Shown here piece after piece: positions 52,401 through 64,000 of a stretch of DNA of 64,000 nucleotides (its first letter is position 1; every line of letters starts with the position of its first letter). The translations under genes were made by a program, and so were the position numbers. The notes below the pieces were generated by a model. The model was not told the origin of the DNA. It did not search any database and saw only the letters and a list, made by a program, of their open reading frames with translations. The stretch comes from Callorhinchus milii (Eukaryota), in NCBI RefSeq assembly GCF_018977255.1, contig NW_024704742.1:65474001-65538000 (forward strand). Reading direction: 5' to 3'.

Positions 52401-55400
52401 AGGCGGGGATTAATAGTAGAATAACCAATGTTAGTACATGAGCAAGTACCAGTTAGGCTCAGTGAAAGGCCTCTTCCTATGCTGTAATTTCTATAGCATG
52501 CCCCAGGGATGTGTTAAACTTGGTTCACTAAACCTTAGCAGGGACCAGGGCCACACCATAGGGATTCCTGGCATCTTTTCAGACTTTGCCAACTTAATAA
52601 TTAATACAATGAATCTGGTGTGCGAATATTGGAAAATTGACTCTGAGAAAAACTGAAGAAGCTAGATTATAAAAGAACTAGATTTTTTTTAAAAAAAGTT
52701 ACTGACCTTATTGTAAGTTGATACTTTCTTCAAGCTTTCCTTCAGGTCTCATACTGCAACCAAGAAGATGGGGAAAGCCATCTGCACCAACGTCTTTCCC
52801 AAAGTAAGTGTACATAGTATAGATGTAGCGACTGTTAAATCAGACTTATGCACTCACACAGGATGACTCTGAATTTGCATATTGTGTCCTCAATCCAGTG
52901 TATCTGAAGCAACAATAGCAACAAAAATATACATTTATATTGGGCCATTCATGCCAGGGGGACATCACAAAGTGCCTCACACAACTGACCTGAAACCTCA
53001 GATGGAAGGGGAAGGGGGAAAAGTGATCAAAAATGCGGTTGAAAAGGTTTTAAGGCAGGCTTTAAAGGTGGAATACAGAAGAAGAGTATGTAAAATTAAT
53101 AATTGGTTGGAACTCTTATCAGTTAACAACAACAACAAGATTACATTTGTATAGCTTCTTTCACGTCGGCAGGACGTCCCAAGGCGCTGGACAGAGTACA
53201 GTATTTCAGACCCGAGCTGGGATGGAGGGGTGAGGGGAGGGGAAGGGGGGTTGCCGATGGCATGGCCGAAGAGGAGGGTTTTGAGGCGAGACTTGAAGGA
53301 GGCTAAGGAGGGGGCGAGGCGGAGTGACTGGGGGATGGAATTCCAGAGGTTGGGGGCAGAGTGGCAGAAGGCTCTCCTGCCAATGGTGGGGCGGGTGGGT
53401 CGGGGGACATGGAGCAGGTCAGAGCCAGCAGAGTGGAGGGAACGGGCGTAGGGTGGAGCGAGGCCATGGAGGGCTTTGTAGGCGAGGACCAGGATCTTGA
53501 ACTGGATCCTCTGAAGGATAGGGAGCCAGTGGAGTCGGGCGAGAGTGGGGGAGATGGGGTCACGGAGTTTGGTGCGGGAGAGGACACGGGCTGCAGAGTT
53601 CTGGATTATCTGCAGCTGTGGATGTTACGAAACAAACTTAAAAATAACAAATCAAAGTAAGAACAATTAATACTTTTGCTCTGTGAATTGATTATAAAGA
53701 GCGAGATGGATGTACGGTGGGCAGTGCAACAAGAGCAGCTGCACAATGGGCCAAATGGCCTTCTGTGCAAAAAGGGCTTTGGTTCTGTTGCGCCTCACTT
53801 ATCCAGCAGGGGGCGACATAGTCCATAATCGCACAAGTAGAGCATTATGTTTTGCAAAGTATGGTTAGTTACTCAACAACAACAACAACAATTTGCACTT
53901 ACACCATACCTTTCACGTAGGGAGAGCATTTTACAAAGATAGAATGGGAGTCTGAGCTGGGAGGGAGACCAGGTGGTAGCGGAGATGCAGTCAAAACCAT
54001 TGGTCAAAGATAAAGCAGAGAAGCAAGAGGTCGAAGTAAAGGGCAGGGGATAAGGGGCTGGAAGCTCACCCACTGATGATGAAGTGGAGCACGGGGCGGA
54101 CGCGAAACAAGTCAGAGTTGGAGAAGTCGAAAGAGTGGCAGAGAGTGGCCAAATTCTTTAAAACGATTTTCGTACAGTTCTTTCTGTTCTTTGCAGAAAA
54201 GGAAGCAATGTTGCCTTTGCTTAAATAAACATTTTATTCATTTGATTTTCAAATGTACTTAAGTTGCAGGATCTGTGCGCTGGTCTTCACAACCTTCACC
54301 ACCTCATGATGAATCTTCGTGCCAGATTACAGGCAAGCTTTGCATCATTTAAATCTATCAGAGAACATCACTTATGTTTCGTATAACCATAGCAATAATT
54401 AATGAATAATTAATCAGAAAGAGCCGCATAATGGAGGTCGCATTAGAAAATTAATTAGTACATAAGTGTCATAAATACAACCTTCCCTTCGCTCATACAA
54501 TAAAGGGAGCTGAAAACAGCACCTACAGTCTGATCATTATTGTTGTATTTGGTTAACTCTTGTACAGATATCATCTATGAGGTTTTATTACATTGATTTA
54601 ATTATTAGCATGCTGGAATTGTTTGGAAGCAACACTGCTCAGCAGCAGCACATCTGGATGTAATAGTTCTTGTGTTCTATACTTATGCATAAACTACGTA
54701 ACACTATGGGGATGATGCTCTGTGGCTGGTACATTCAGTGCACTTTGACAATGTACATGATTAGCTCAGTGGTTAGAGCACTCGCTTTGCAAGTGAGAGA
54801 CCTGGGTTCAATTCCAGGCAGAGGGCGAAACCTTGGGCAAGTTTCCTTACTCCACACAGAGCCTAATAATAATCCCTCCAAAAAACAAAAACAATAATAA
54901 ATTGGTGATTTTTAATCCACGACTGTTTGTGGGACACTGCTGTGCGCACTTGGCTGCCGCGTTTTGCCCACAAATATACGGTCAATTCACTTTACAGTCT
55001 ATTCTGTGAAGCGCTTTGAGATGTCGAGAAGACGTGAAAAGCGCTATATCAAATGCCAGGATTATTATTATATTATTATATTTCCTATTTTAGCTGCGCT
55101 GAAACTCCAACTCATGGAACATCACCCTATTTGCTACAATCTGCTATTGTGCTAGATAAATGCAAGCTGTTATGATGTATAAGGTGTTAACACATGGAAT
55201 ATGATATTTTGTTTGGTGGTAATTCTCACATTGACTGATGATGTGGCCAAAAGCAGTGAATAGTTATTAATAGCCAGTTGAGGAAGGAGGTCACGCATAA
55301 CTATTGACTATTTCTATCCACATATTTGGGTAACAATATGACACCTAGCACATGTGCATTTCCCCCCGCCCCACATCAATTTGTAATCATCAACCTTATA

Positions 55401-58400
55401 TTTTTCTATTCTACAGAGCCAATCTCTGTGGAAATTATTCTGCACTATGGAGCTCCGACTGATCCCTGTTTTGGCAGGTAAGGAACTACAAATGTTAGTA
55501 TCATATTCTCTGGTTATGGCAGAGATCTCTTCAAGTTCCTCAATCATGAAAAAAAAAGTGTCAAATGTGTGTTACATTTGTTCTTGTTACTTTTGTCTCC
55601 TGACACTTCAAATTTGAATAAGACTTGGTTCATATTTGTGTTTTTGTTTGCAGTGATGGAAAATTGCAGAATACATGTTAATAAAGATGGACTGAAGAGA
55701 ACATCTAAACTTCTAGAGGTATATATTCTCACTGACTCATTTGATGCAGTCTGCAAACTAATATGCAATATTGTTAAACATGACTTGAAGCACTAATTGA
55801 GACATTTGGTATGAATACTATTGGGGTGTTTTGCTCTCTTATTATTCAATTATTTTTTAGCAAAAAAGAGCACATCATGATTTCCATCCATGATAATGGA
55901 AAGCCTAATTTCCTGCCCTCTCCTTTTCAAGCCCATCAGATTTTTTTAATAACAAATTTAGTGTGTCAGATATTTTTCTATTCTTTTCCCCATCAGCTCC
56001 TGATCTTCAAACCCCTTATGCTGGTTGCCCTCTGATACACTATCAAGTGACCATTGTTCATGGGTGAGACTTGGCAGTAAATGTTGGTAGGCAACAACAA
56101 CAAATTATATTTGTATGGCATGTTTCATGTCAGAGGATGTCCCAAAGCACTAGGCCATTTGATTGTACAGGCCGTCATAACCGAGCCTAGCTCCAACATG
56201 CTCATGACTAGAAGAGGGTGCTGAAGAGGGATCCAGTTAATTAAACCCACTGTTTTACCCTCATAAACCCTGGGAGAGTTGGTGCAAATTTAGCTTCCCC
56301 AAGCAGGCCCAGCTGATACAAGCAAACTCAATGTGGACCACGATGTGAACCACTGCACCATCAGGGCTATCGCCTCAGATTCCCTATTAAAAGACTGCCT
56401 CAACAAATTATCTGACTGTAAGTGCAGAAATCAATCCTGCGACATATCCTTCATCAGCTGGGAAATTACAATTAGCCCGGTTACAAAGATTGCAAATTAG
56501 ACCCCATTATTTTTGAAACTTTACATTTTTAATAATAATCATTACAATTGATACAGCAGCTAAGGCATCTAATTATCTCAAAGTGCTTCACAAATGTCAA
56601 GTATAGTAACTGTGTATTTGTAGATAAACAATGCAGCCAATTTGTGTGCAAGATCCCACAAACATGAAGTGAATGACTATTTACCTGGAGGATTTTTGAT
56701 CTGAACAGCAGGAGAAAATCCCTTCTCTTTTTGAATAGTGCTTTGGACGTGTTCCTAATGTGAAAGATGCTATATAAATGCATATCTTGTTGAATAGTGT
56801 CATAGGATCTTTAATAGTTCTGAAGAGGAAGACAGGGTCTTGATTTAACGTCTCATCTGGAAAAACGCATCTCCGATAATGCAGTGCTTTCCCAGTATTG
56901 CACTCGAATATCAGCCTGGGTGATGTGAAGGTGCAGTTCGTTCCTAGCAGCTTTAATTAATTAGTGAATCAGTTTGAAGAATGAGCAGCATTTCAACGAC
57001 TTACTGGCGAGACAAAGCAATGATTGTATTTATTATGTTGCAAACCTGCAGGTACGACAGAAGCAGCTAGAACAGGAAGCACATCGGGTTGCTGGCGAAC
57101 AGTTCTGCTTGGCCAGCAGCAATCAACTACGACAGGTGACGTTTATATTTTTGTCAAAAGCTTTATTTGTATAACAATCAGAAAAAGACATTCACCTAAC
57201 TCTGACTCTTATATCCAAATGATACTCAAGGACCTGTAGAATTATAGACATTTGCAGCACAGAAGGAGACTATTCGATCCATTGTCTCTGTGCTGTCTCT
57301 CTGAAAGAGTTCTTTGTTATAGATCCCAACCACCAGACCACTATTTATTATTTATTTCCACATCGTCAGCCCATTCGTTTGATTGAGTCATTAATTATCT
57401 GACACAATTCAGGTGGATTTTCAAAAATCAGAATAATGTGGTGGGCAGCTTTGGGCTGAACCATTATGACTGATCAGACAGATACAAATAATTATAAGTT
57501 CAACTTTAGTCATCTATTATATTATATTTGAGCCCTGCAGACGTTACTTGCACCTAACTCTTATTTTTATTAAGAATTTATTTGCACAAATGCGCAAATT
57601 TATAATCAAAACCTCCAGTTTTGACAGAAACTAATGTCAAGACAATAGAGTTGGAAATTGTGGTTTCGAAGGGGAAAATAGCACTGTGACTGACCTCTTG
57701 CACAAAAAATGCCTTCACCATGTATGTCACGCTGACACGGCAGAGACTGTCTTGGGTTGGACTATCCAAGGCCTCATGAAATGGTGTGAAGTACAGGGGT
57801 TTCCTGCAGGAGTTGCTCTTTACACCTGGTGGCACTTTTGCTTCGCGCCACGTTCTGCTACCATTTTCCTATTCCAGCGCTCTTTCAACCCCATTGTTGT
57901 CTTCTGATTTGCGGTAGATCCTGTTTGACAAACTGAGGTTGCACCTGCTTTGTGAGAAGAACCTTCCAAAAACAGACCTGCGGCAACACCAGTCAACATC
58001 GGAGGTGGTGGTGAGTCTGACTTCATATCAATGGTTCAACACACATGACTTCATGTTTCACCCTGATCTGCCCCACCACTTTATAGTATATATTTATTAA
58101 GTGCTCCAGGACAGTACCCCGTGTTGTTATATAACTTGTGTAGCATTTTGCAAGGATTATTCTTACTATTAGATTCTTTGTTCTCCTGAAAATTATTCCC
58201 TTGCAATATTACAATACAGTAGTATCATCACAAAGGATCTTATGTCGTCTTGCGAATGCCAGACTAAAATGTTAGAAATCCACTTCTACTGAGTCAAAAC
58301 ATTAACTTTGGATAGTCTAGGTTTGAAGAAGCGGGTCGATTGCTGAGTTATTTATTAAGGCCAAAGAGAATGTGGATTTCAGCCCTCCTCAATAGGTCAA

Positions 58401-61400
58401 TGCTGGGAAAGCAATGTTAAAACAGAGAACTTAGAGCCTGATGTCAGGCCTAAAATTTAGAAAGTAAAAAGCACTCAACTCTGTGTCAAAACATGTCAGA
58501 ACTAGGACTTCGAAAGAAACAAAAACCTCTGGAAAGCAGTTAGTAATTATTAAACATGTCTCATTTAGCCCCCGCAAATATCACATTTACCGTATTAATG
58601 TGATTGTAGTGTAATTTCTAGAACATAACTTGCAATCATGGTTAACAGGCCAAAGTCTAGTCATTCTGTTTGTTTTGTTTTAATATTAGTTTTTATGCTA
58701 TTTTATCATCCTTAACATCCTGAGTTTTAATGTTATTTTGGTTTGTACTTTAGAAGAGATTTGCAGTTTCCAATGATTGACAGGCTGTTTGATCTGCCAC
58801 TGTGGAGATAATTCTCTGGAAGAGCTCTAATGGTTTCGAATGGTTTAATTCATACATTAACACTTATATTGAAATACAAATCCACTGTAGTATCTCTTCC
58901 TGTCAATCTGCCTAGCTAGGTAGCAGAGTTTCACAGTGCTATTACAACATTTTGATTACATTTATCCAAAATACCTCATTTTCAAGGAACATTAATAGGA
59001 CATTAACATCTAAAAAGGTGCCAAGAATAGCTTTCTCTCCAAGAAATCCCCTGCACCATCATGCAGAGTTATGAGAATTCGGGTCCAAGCCAAAGTCTCA
59101 GGACTCCTGGTGATGATGTACAAGAGATTGCCTGGAGAAAACGCAGAAACATCACATCATCGTTCCTGGTAGCCACTCAACGTAATGCCATGAGAGTGTT
59201 GTTTAGACATCATGGTCTCTTTAAACAAACTTGTGTTTACAATGTTCATTGGACATTAAAGGTCCCATGGCACTATTCAGAAGTGAAGAAAGTTTCTCCA
59301 GGTGTGCTCGCCAACAATTCCCCAAATAAATTGGGTCATTCACTTCATGGTTGTTTGTGGGACAGTACTGCAAAATTGTCTGTCCCCCACAAAACACACA
59401 GTCAATGCACTTTATAATATATATCCTGTGCAACACTTTGGGATGTCCTAATGTGAAAGACGCTATATTAACTGTAAGGATTATTATCATTATTAACTCC
59501 TTACCCCGACCTTCATATTAGATGTCCTCCCAATGTGAATAATAATAATAATTCTTGCATTTAAGATGGTATATCACAATGATGTGATATAGCACCTTAT
59601 CACATCTTCGAGACATCTCAAAGCGCTTCACAGAATATATTGTGAAGTGGATTGACTGTATAATTTGTGGGCAAAACATAAAAGGTGCTATATAAAATGC
59701 ATTGTTGTTATTCTCCAGCTAATGCAGTTACAGGACTTGCATCCACTGCCTAAAATCATCTTAGAGTACAGACAGGTAAGCAAACCCAGCATGAAATTGT
59801 GATGCAGTGATTGATTCGAATATAATTATCTTTGTCCATCAGCCCCAGTTCATTCACCTGGAAAAGAGCTAGAATGCCAGAGGGCCAAAAATTCCCATGG
59901 CCTTAGTCTTAAAACATAAAATTTTAAAAAAAATTGAGTCAGCCGGGAACTGATCACCGTGCTTAAGGCCACAGGTTTGAGTCCTCAATAGATGGATGGT
60001 AGGTAACAGGAACTCCCTGTGAGCTTCCGGTTGGCAACACAGCTCAGCATGAAATGTGTGAGAACATTGCCACCATCTTCCTGTGCTCATCGCAGACACA
60101 AAGACATCTTACAGCACGTGAAGCCATCCCCAGAGTGCTCAACAACAGATCATTGTAGGCCAGAGACCACCACACCCACATCCCCCACCCCCGCTGCTGC
60201 TTCCCACAAATCCAATATTTGCAAAATTGTAACATCCTACATCTTCCATTGTCTTGCAGTTGGGAAAATAAATAAATCATTTGATTTCTCTATTCCTTCT
60301 GCAATAGCATTTCTGGTTTGCTGACATGACTGAGCTGTGCTGTGAACGCATGTGGTGCACAGTATGCCACTTGGCTCAGTTGCTGGAAAGCAAGGAAACT
60401 TTCTGGGAATGTATGCCATGTGTGGGAAGCCAATCAGTCAAGACTCAATGCTTCAGAAAATTTGGAAAATTCTTATATTCAATCCTAAATTTGAAGTCTT
60501 GTCTTTTTAAGGTCTAGGAAAACTAGTTCCCAAATTCAGAACTATGAGAAATTGTGTATCACTAACATATATGTCCTGCTCATTATCACTTTGAACGGAG
60601 GAAGGGGAAGGCCACTACTCTGCAATGTTCCTAACCTCTTGAACTCACTCTCTGAATCCCGCTGCCTCAACCCACTCCATCTGGCTTTAAAAAGTTACAT
60701 CTACAACTGTGTTGATGGTCAACGACTTCTTCCTTCTTTCCCCCCACCCTCTCCCTGCTTAGTGAATGGTACCGTTTCTTTAAAATATTTTGAGATGTTA
60801 TCTTACATGAAAGGTGCTGTATAATGCAAATGGTTGTTGTGACTGAGGAGATTTTCAGGCCTGCACAACTAAGGTTTGAGTCTGATATGGAAACAGGTAC
60901 AGAAGAGGGATGATTCTCCAAAGATGCGGTTTAACGTAGGCCATTTGGTAAATGTAAAATGAGCTTTGTAGCCTGACATCCTATTAATAAGTGTATAAAT
61001 TCAGTCCAACAATTTATTAATGTTTCAGAAAGGTATAGAACAAAAATAATGTTGCATTGCAACTGGTTCCAGGTTTCTGTTTTCCTTTTGTAGATACATA
61101 AGATAAAGTCAACATACATAGATGGACTCCTCTCATGCACAAAAAAGGTGAGCTGGGGGGAGGAAGCGAAAATCTGGTTTGTTCCATGCAACAACTTTGA
61201 CAATTATAATAGGGAAATCTCACTGGAGCCTGACATCGTCAATACTTCCGCATATAATGCTGAACAGAATTTCAGCTCTCAGGAATTAAACCACATGGCT
61301 TGATAGCCCTGATGACCTGTTCTTGTGCTGTAATGTTCTATGATGGAGTCCTGTAGCTCAGTGGTTAGAGCACTCGCTTTGCAAGTGAGAGACCCGAGTT

Positions 61401-62143
61401 CAATTCCAGGCAGAGGGCGAAACCTTGGGCAAGTTTCCTTACTCCACACGCCCAATAATAATCCCTCCAAAAAAACAAAACAATAATAAATTAGTCATTT
61501 TCAATCCATGACTGTTTGTGGGACATTGCTGTGCGCAATTGGCTGCCGCGTTCGCACACAAATATACAGTCAATTCACTTTACAGTGTGTTCTATGAAGT
61601 GCTTTGGGACGTCCTCCCGACGTGAAAAGCGCTATATCAAATGCAAGGATTATTATTATGATCTATGCGATGAAACTTTGGTGACAATATATCAGTGCTC
61701 CAATGTGCTACACCCAGAATGTCACACAGTACGTTTTGGATTCTCACCCATATTCCCTCTACACATACCAAGCAAAATTTATGATCCCACTACAGCCTAC
61801 TGGGATAACATAGCGAGTGGAGGACAGGCACAGGAGAATGGGGCTGTACAAACACAAGATTTCTGCACTCGTGACGACAGGTTTCCGATAATCAGAAAGC
61901 AGTTTAATTTATGATATTAGCAAAACAGCTAATTGTGAATCACAAACACTGGTGAAAGCCAGTGAGGAAAGCACACACACACATATCCCAAAATAGTTTT
62001 GCATTTTATTATATGGTTAGTGTCTTGATTTCTTGACAGCGTTTCAGAGAAATATATCTACAGTGTTTTCATTGCAGAATTTTGTTTCATCTACATGGAA
62101 TCAGACCGGCACAGTGAGCGGGAGACTTTCAGCCAAACATCCG
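25361..62143 (+). CDS. POLN: DNA polymerase nu (family A), 5' portion; 17 coding exons in window, continues past 64000
   Basis: Conserved peptides [27 protein letters not shown] and [19 protein letters not shown]. Splice phases chain in frame, and the position downstream of HAUS3 matches known synteny. Confidence 0.96.
27283..27391 (+). CDS. POLN: POLN candidate extra exon A (109 nt)
   Basis: tttttttag|AT ... AG|gtgaga; open in phase 1->2 ([13 protein letters not shown]...). Confidence 0.55.
28626..28950 (+). mobile_element. Full-length SINE inserted in a degenerate TG/TC repeat (28465-29115)
   Basis: tRNA head, body and (TTA)n tail all present. Confidence 0.95.
29530..29825 (-). mobile_element. 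Near full-length SINE
   Basis: Reverse complement of the SINE consensus. Confidence 0.92.
30536..30731. repeat. G-rich minisatellite, unit ~GGGGGTAAGAAGAT
   Basis: About 12 degenerate units are directly visible. Confidence 0.85.
30727..33456. repeat. Segmental copy B (identical in the core to 1-2722)
   Basis: Direct comparison with the window start. Confidence 0.97.
34085..34700. mobile_element. Old DeuSINE-like element (- strand) with nested L2 3' end (+ strand, 34376-34611; TSD TTGGAGTG)
   Basis: TTGGAGTG at 34368-34375 and 34612-34619 flanks an L2 tail ending in (TTG)n. Confidence 0.8.
35731..35913 (+). CDS. POLN: POLN candidate extra exon B (183 nt)
   Basis: ccattttag|A ... AG|gtatta; open in phase 2->2 ([22 protein letters not shown]...). 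Confidence 0.6.
36268..36503 (+). mobile_element. 5'-truncated SINE
   Basis: Matches the SINE consensus. Confidence 0.9.
36818..37011 (+). CDS. POLN: POLN candidate extra exon C (194 nt)
   Basis: ttttttggcag|A ... AGAG|gtaggt; open in phase 2->1 ([17 protein letters not shown]...). Confidence 0.6.
38362..38690 (+). mobile_element. SINE flanked by a ~35-bp direct repeat
   Basis: Matches the SINE consensus; flanking repeats at 38334-38368 and 38694-38728. Confidence 0.9.
40290..40840 (+). mobile_element. L2 3' fragment
   Basis: Translation [32 protein letters not shown]. Confidence 0.85.
42643..42719 (+). CDS. POLN: POLN exon (77 nt)
   Basis: ggttag|TT ... CAG|gtaaat; phase 1->0, ends in KTQ. 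Confidence 0.7.
43733..44311 (+). CDS. POLN: POLN large exon (579 nt)
   Basis: ctttttag|GAG ... AAG|gtgggt; ends [17 protein letters not shown]. Confidence 0.9.
44470..44810 (+). mobile_element. CR1 3' end fragment
   Basis: Translation [38 protein letters not shown]. Confidence 0.85.
45280..45482 (+). CDS. POLN: POLN exon (203 nt)
   Basis: ccacag|GAA ... AG|gtgaga; contains [12 protein letters not shown]. Confidence 0.88.
47245..47357 (+). CDS. POLN: POLN exon (113 nt)
   Basis: Contains [18 protein letters not shown] sites in phase. Confidence 0.9.
47875..50095 (+). mobile_element. 5'-truncated L2-clade LINE with a largely intact RT domain (ORF 48243-49457) and (TTG)n tail
   Basis: RT motifs [43 protein letters not shown] and YADD; frameshift near 49430. 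Confidence 0.97.
50152..50309 (+). CDS. POLN: POLN exon (158 nt)
   Basis: Contains [14 protein letters not shown]; ttgtag| ... AAG|gtcagt. Confidence 0.93.
50530..51900 (+). mobile_element. Degraded CR1 ORF2 fragments with an embedded old SINE (~50980-51275)
   Basis: ggatttgtaaagggcaggacatgcttaactaattta (GF.KGR.CLTNL), ERDLG-like and [13 protein letters not shown] remnants. Confidence 0.7.
51984..52310 (+). mobile_element. Full-length young SINE
   Basis: tRNA head, body and (TTA)n tail all present. Confidence 0.95.
53120..53620 (-). mobile_element. L2 3' fragment
   Basis: Reverse-complement match to 49540-50095. Confidence 0.85.
53803..53816 (+). promoter_or_regulatory. CTCF-like motif CCAGCAGGGGGCGA
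   Basis: Close match to the CCASYAGRKGGC core in unique intronic sequence; binding is untested. Confidence 0.45.
54264..54332 (+). CDS. POLN: POLN exon (69 nt) with GC donor
   Basis: Translation [23 protein letters not shown]; donor CAG|gcaagc. Confidence 0.82.
54762..55080 (+). mobile_element. Near full-length SINE
   Basis: Matches the SINE consensus. Confidence 0.93.
55417..55477 (+). CDS. POLN: POLN exon (61 nt)
   Basis: Translation [20 protein letters not shown]; donor G|gtaagg. Confidence 0.94.
55654..55718 (+). CDS. POLN: POLN exon (65 nt)
   Basis: Translation [22 protein letters not shown]. Confidence 0.94.
57052..57135 (+). CDS. POLN: POLN exon (84 nt)
   Basis: Translation [28 protein letters not shown]. 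Confidence 0.95.
57918..58010 (+). CDS. POLN: POLN exon (93 nt)
   Basis: Translation [31 protein letters not shown]; donor |gtgagt. Confidence 0.94.
59719..59775 (+). CDS. POLN: POLN exon (57 nt)
   Basis: Translation [19 protein letters not shown]. Confidence 0.95.
61094..61147 (+). CDS. POLN: POLN exon (54 nt)
   Basis: Translation [18 protein letters not shown]. Confidence 0.95.
61344..61659 (+). mobile_element. Full-length young SINE
   Basis: tRNA head, body and (TTA)n tail all present. Confidence 0.95.
62078..62143 (+). CDS. POLN: POLN exon (66 nt)
   Basis: Translation [22 protein letters not shown]; donor |gtaagt. Confidence 0.96.
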
Positions 62144-62799
62144 GTAAGTGACATTCACACTGTGGCATTCTCTTTATGGGTGACGGTTCGCTACCAGCCA
62201 TTACCAAGCAAGTAATAATAATAATCATCTTTGTATTTGGTACAGCCCCCATAATTTCAAACTGTCTCAAAGCTCTTCACAGGGAATTACTGTTGAGTGG
62301 TAGTGGCTGTTTATTTGTAGGCAGGTTTATCATAGAGGGATTTTTTTCATGTGATCGGTAAACATGCACAACTAATCCTTTTAAGGTAAATCATAAATGC
62401 TATGGTGAAGAACTGTGTGCTTTCTGGATGAAATGATGACAGTGCCCTGACATTTATTGTTGCCTGACCTCAGTATTTTATTTGGTGGAATTGACACTGA
62501 CTACACATAACTATATATTGCCTGACAGAAGACAATATACTGGTATTTATTACTCCATAAAACTGAAGAAGATTTAGTGAAGCAATGATGATGAGCGCAT
62601 ATTTATTTACTGTCAATCAGAAATGAGTGCTGACGCAACCCAGATACAGTAAAATCTCATCATTATGAATTACAGTCCACCTGTGGTGCATGTCAGAGTC
62701 TGAAATCTTTCATAGTCTGAAGATCACACACAATTTTTAAATTCTTAAATAAGTCTATTCTTTAAAAATGAGTTATGGAAAACTGACGTTGAAATTATA

Positions 62800-62975
62800 A
62801 CAATAATAATCCTTGCATTTTATTTAGCGCCTTACCATGTCGTTGAGACATCTCTATGCGCTTCACAGAATATATTGTAAAGTGGATTGACTGTATATTT
62901 TGTGGGCGAAATGCGGCAGCCAATTGCGCACAGCAGTATCCCACAAACAGTGGTGAATTGAGTGACCAATTTTTA
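62800..62975 (-). mobile_element. SINE 3' fragment
   Basis: Reverse complement of the SINE tail. Confidence 0.85.
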
Positions 62976-64000
62976 AAAAAACAATTGAGGGATTATTACC
63001 CCTGGAAAGTGATCCGCCAATCGACTAACGGCCGTGCACTGTAGAGAGAGAGAGAAAAAACATATTATGACTGAATTTTAAGAATATTCCAAGCTTCTTC
63101 GCAACCTTACATTTAATGACATTGGTTGTAAGGTTAAAACCATGAGGTTTAGTGTATGCACAGTAAATCTTTGTCTGGCAAATGGGGTGCACATCGCTGA
63201 TCAATAACAACATGCCCTCAGTCATAAAAAGATTGACCTATGCACGCTGGCTGAATTTTTTAAATTACAACTTTAAAAGTATTCATTCAAGTTTAGCTGC
63301 CAAAGAAGGTCTCAGGAGAGCAATCCTTTGTGCTGAGTCAGTTTGAAGTCAAGCTAACAGTCGCTGGAGGTCAATACGTCCTCCAGAATATTGCCTGACA
63401 AATGTAGTGTTGACCCTTGTAATGGTATTTATAACTAACCCATACAAGGCTAAATATTATTGCCAGAGCTGGTGTTGACCACATCCATGGATTGTTGCAA
63501 AAATGCGGTGTTTTACTACTGTCCTGGGTCAGAATATTCAATTCACTAATAAAATGGGGTTAATAATCCTTGCTTTTGATCCTGCACACAATTGTATCTG
63601 CTTCTGTGAGGAGCATTGCTGCTGGTACTGAGGTAGCTAGCTTGTAGCTGGCTCAGTATTTATTAAGCTTCAGTATTCGATCTCCCTACTTCTCCCCCCC
63701 CCACCTCGACCCCCAGCTCCGGTCTGTAACTCTGTCTGTCCAGTGCCTTGGGATGTCCTCCCAACATGAAAGGCGCTATGCAAATTTAATTTTGTTGTTG
63801 TTGTTATTTAGAGAGCCAAGCCATGTCTCATTACATTACTACACACATGCAAACACTTATGCAACTAAAAGCTCAAATAGCAAAATCCTGTTTAATAGCA
63901 GTACTATTGTTAAATATCCAAATAATCACATGTCTAGTGATAGTCTGTACAATTTTACGAATGTCCAAGAACATAAGAATTTCTAGGGTAGAAAAGGCCA

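Overview
This is vertebrate genomic DNA, not prokaryotic. The repeat content (tRNA-headed SINE paired with an L2 LINE, DeuSINE/SacSINE-like relics, CR1) points to a cartilaginous fish, probably a chimaera; this is an inference. A CpG island at ~8.5-10.1 kb drives the known overlapping HAUS3/POLN locus on the + strand. HAUS3 (augmin subunit 3) is complete, with 4 coding exons (15221-21982, 602 aa). POLN (DNA polymerase nu) starts at ATG 25361 and has 17 coding exons up to 62143 (about 767 codons), continuing beyond the window. Introns are dominated by SINE, L2 and CR1 fragments, and intron 1 holds a 1.7 kb TG/TC microsatellite. The most notable points are: (1) three candidate extra POLN exons adding exactly 162 aa; (2) a GC-AG intron in POLN; (3) an HSP70 fragment captured in a HAUS3 intron, with direct and inverted junction repeats; (4) a ~210-nt G-U-biased foldback followed by a degenerate hammerhead-like motif in intron 1; (5) a candidate small spliced gene with a 6-nt microexon, divergent from the promoter; (6) GC-shifted SINEs in the CpG island; (7) bases 1-2722 are a near-identical copy of 30727-33456, either a tandem duplication or an assembly artefact. 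All homology calls are by eye and human comparisons are from memory; no searches were run.
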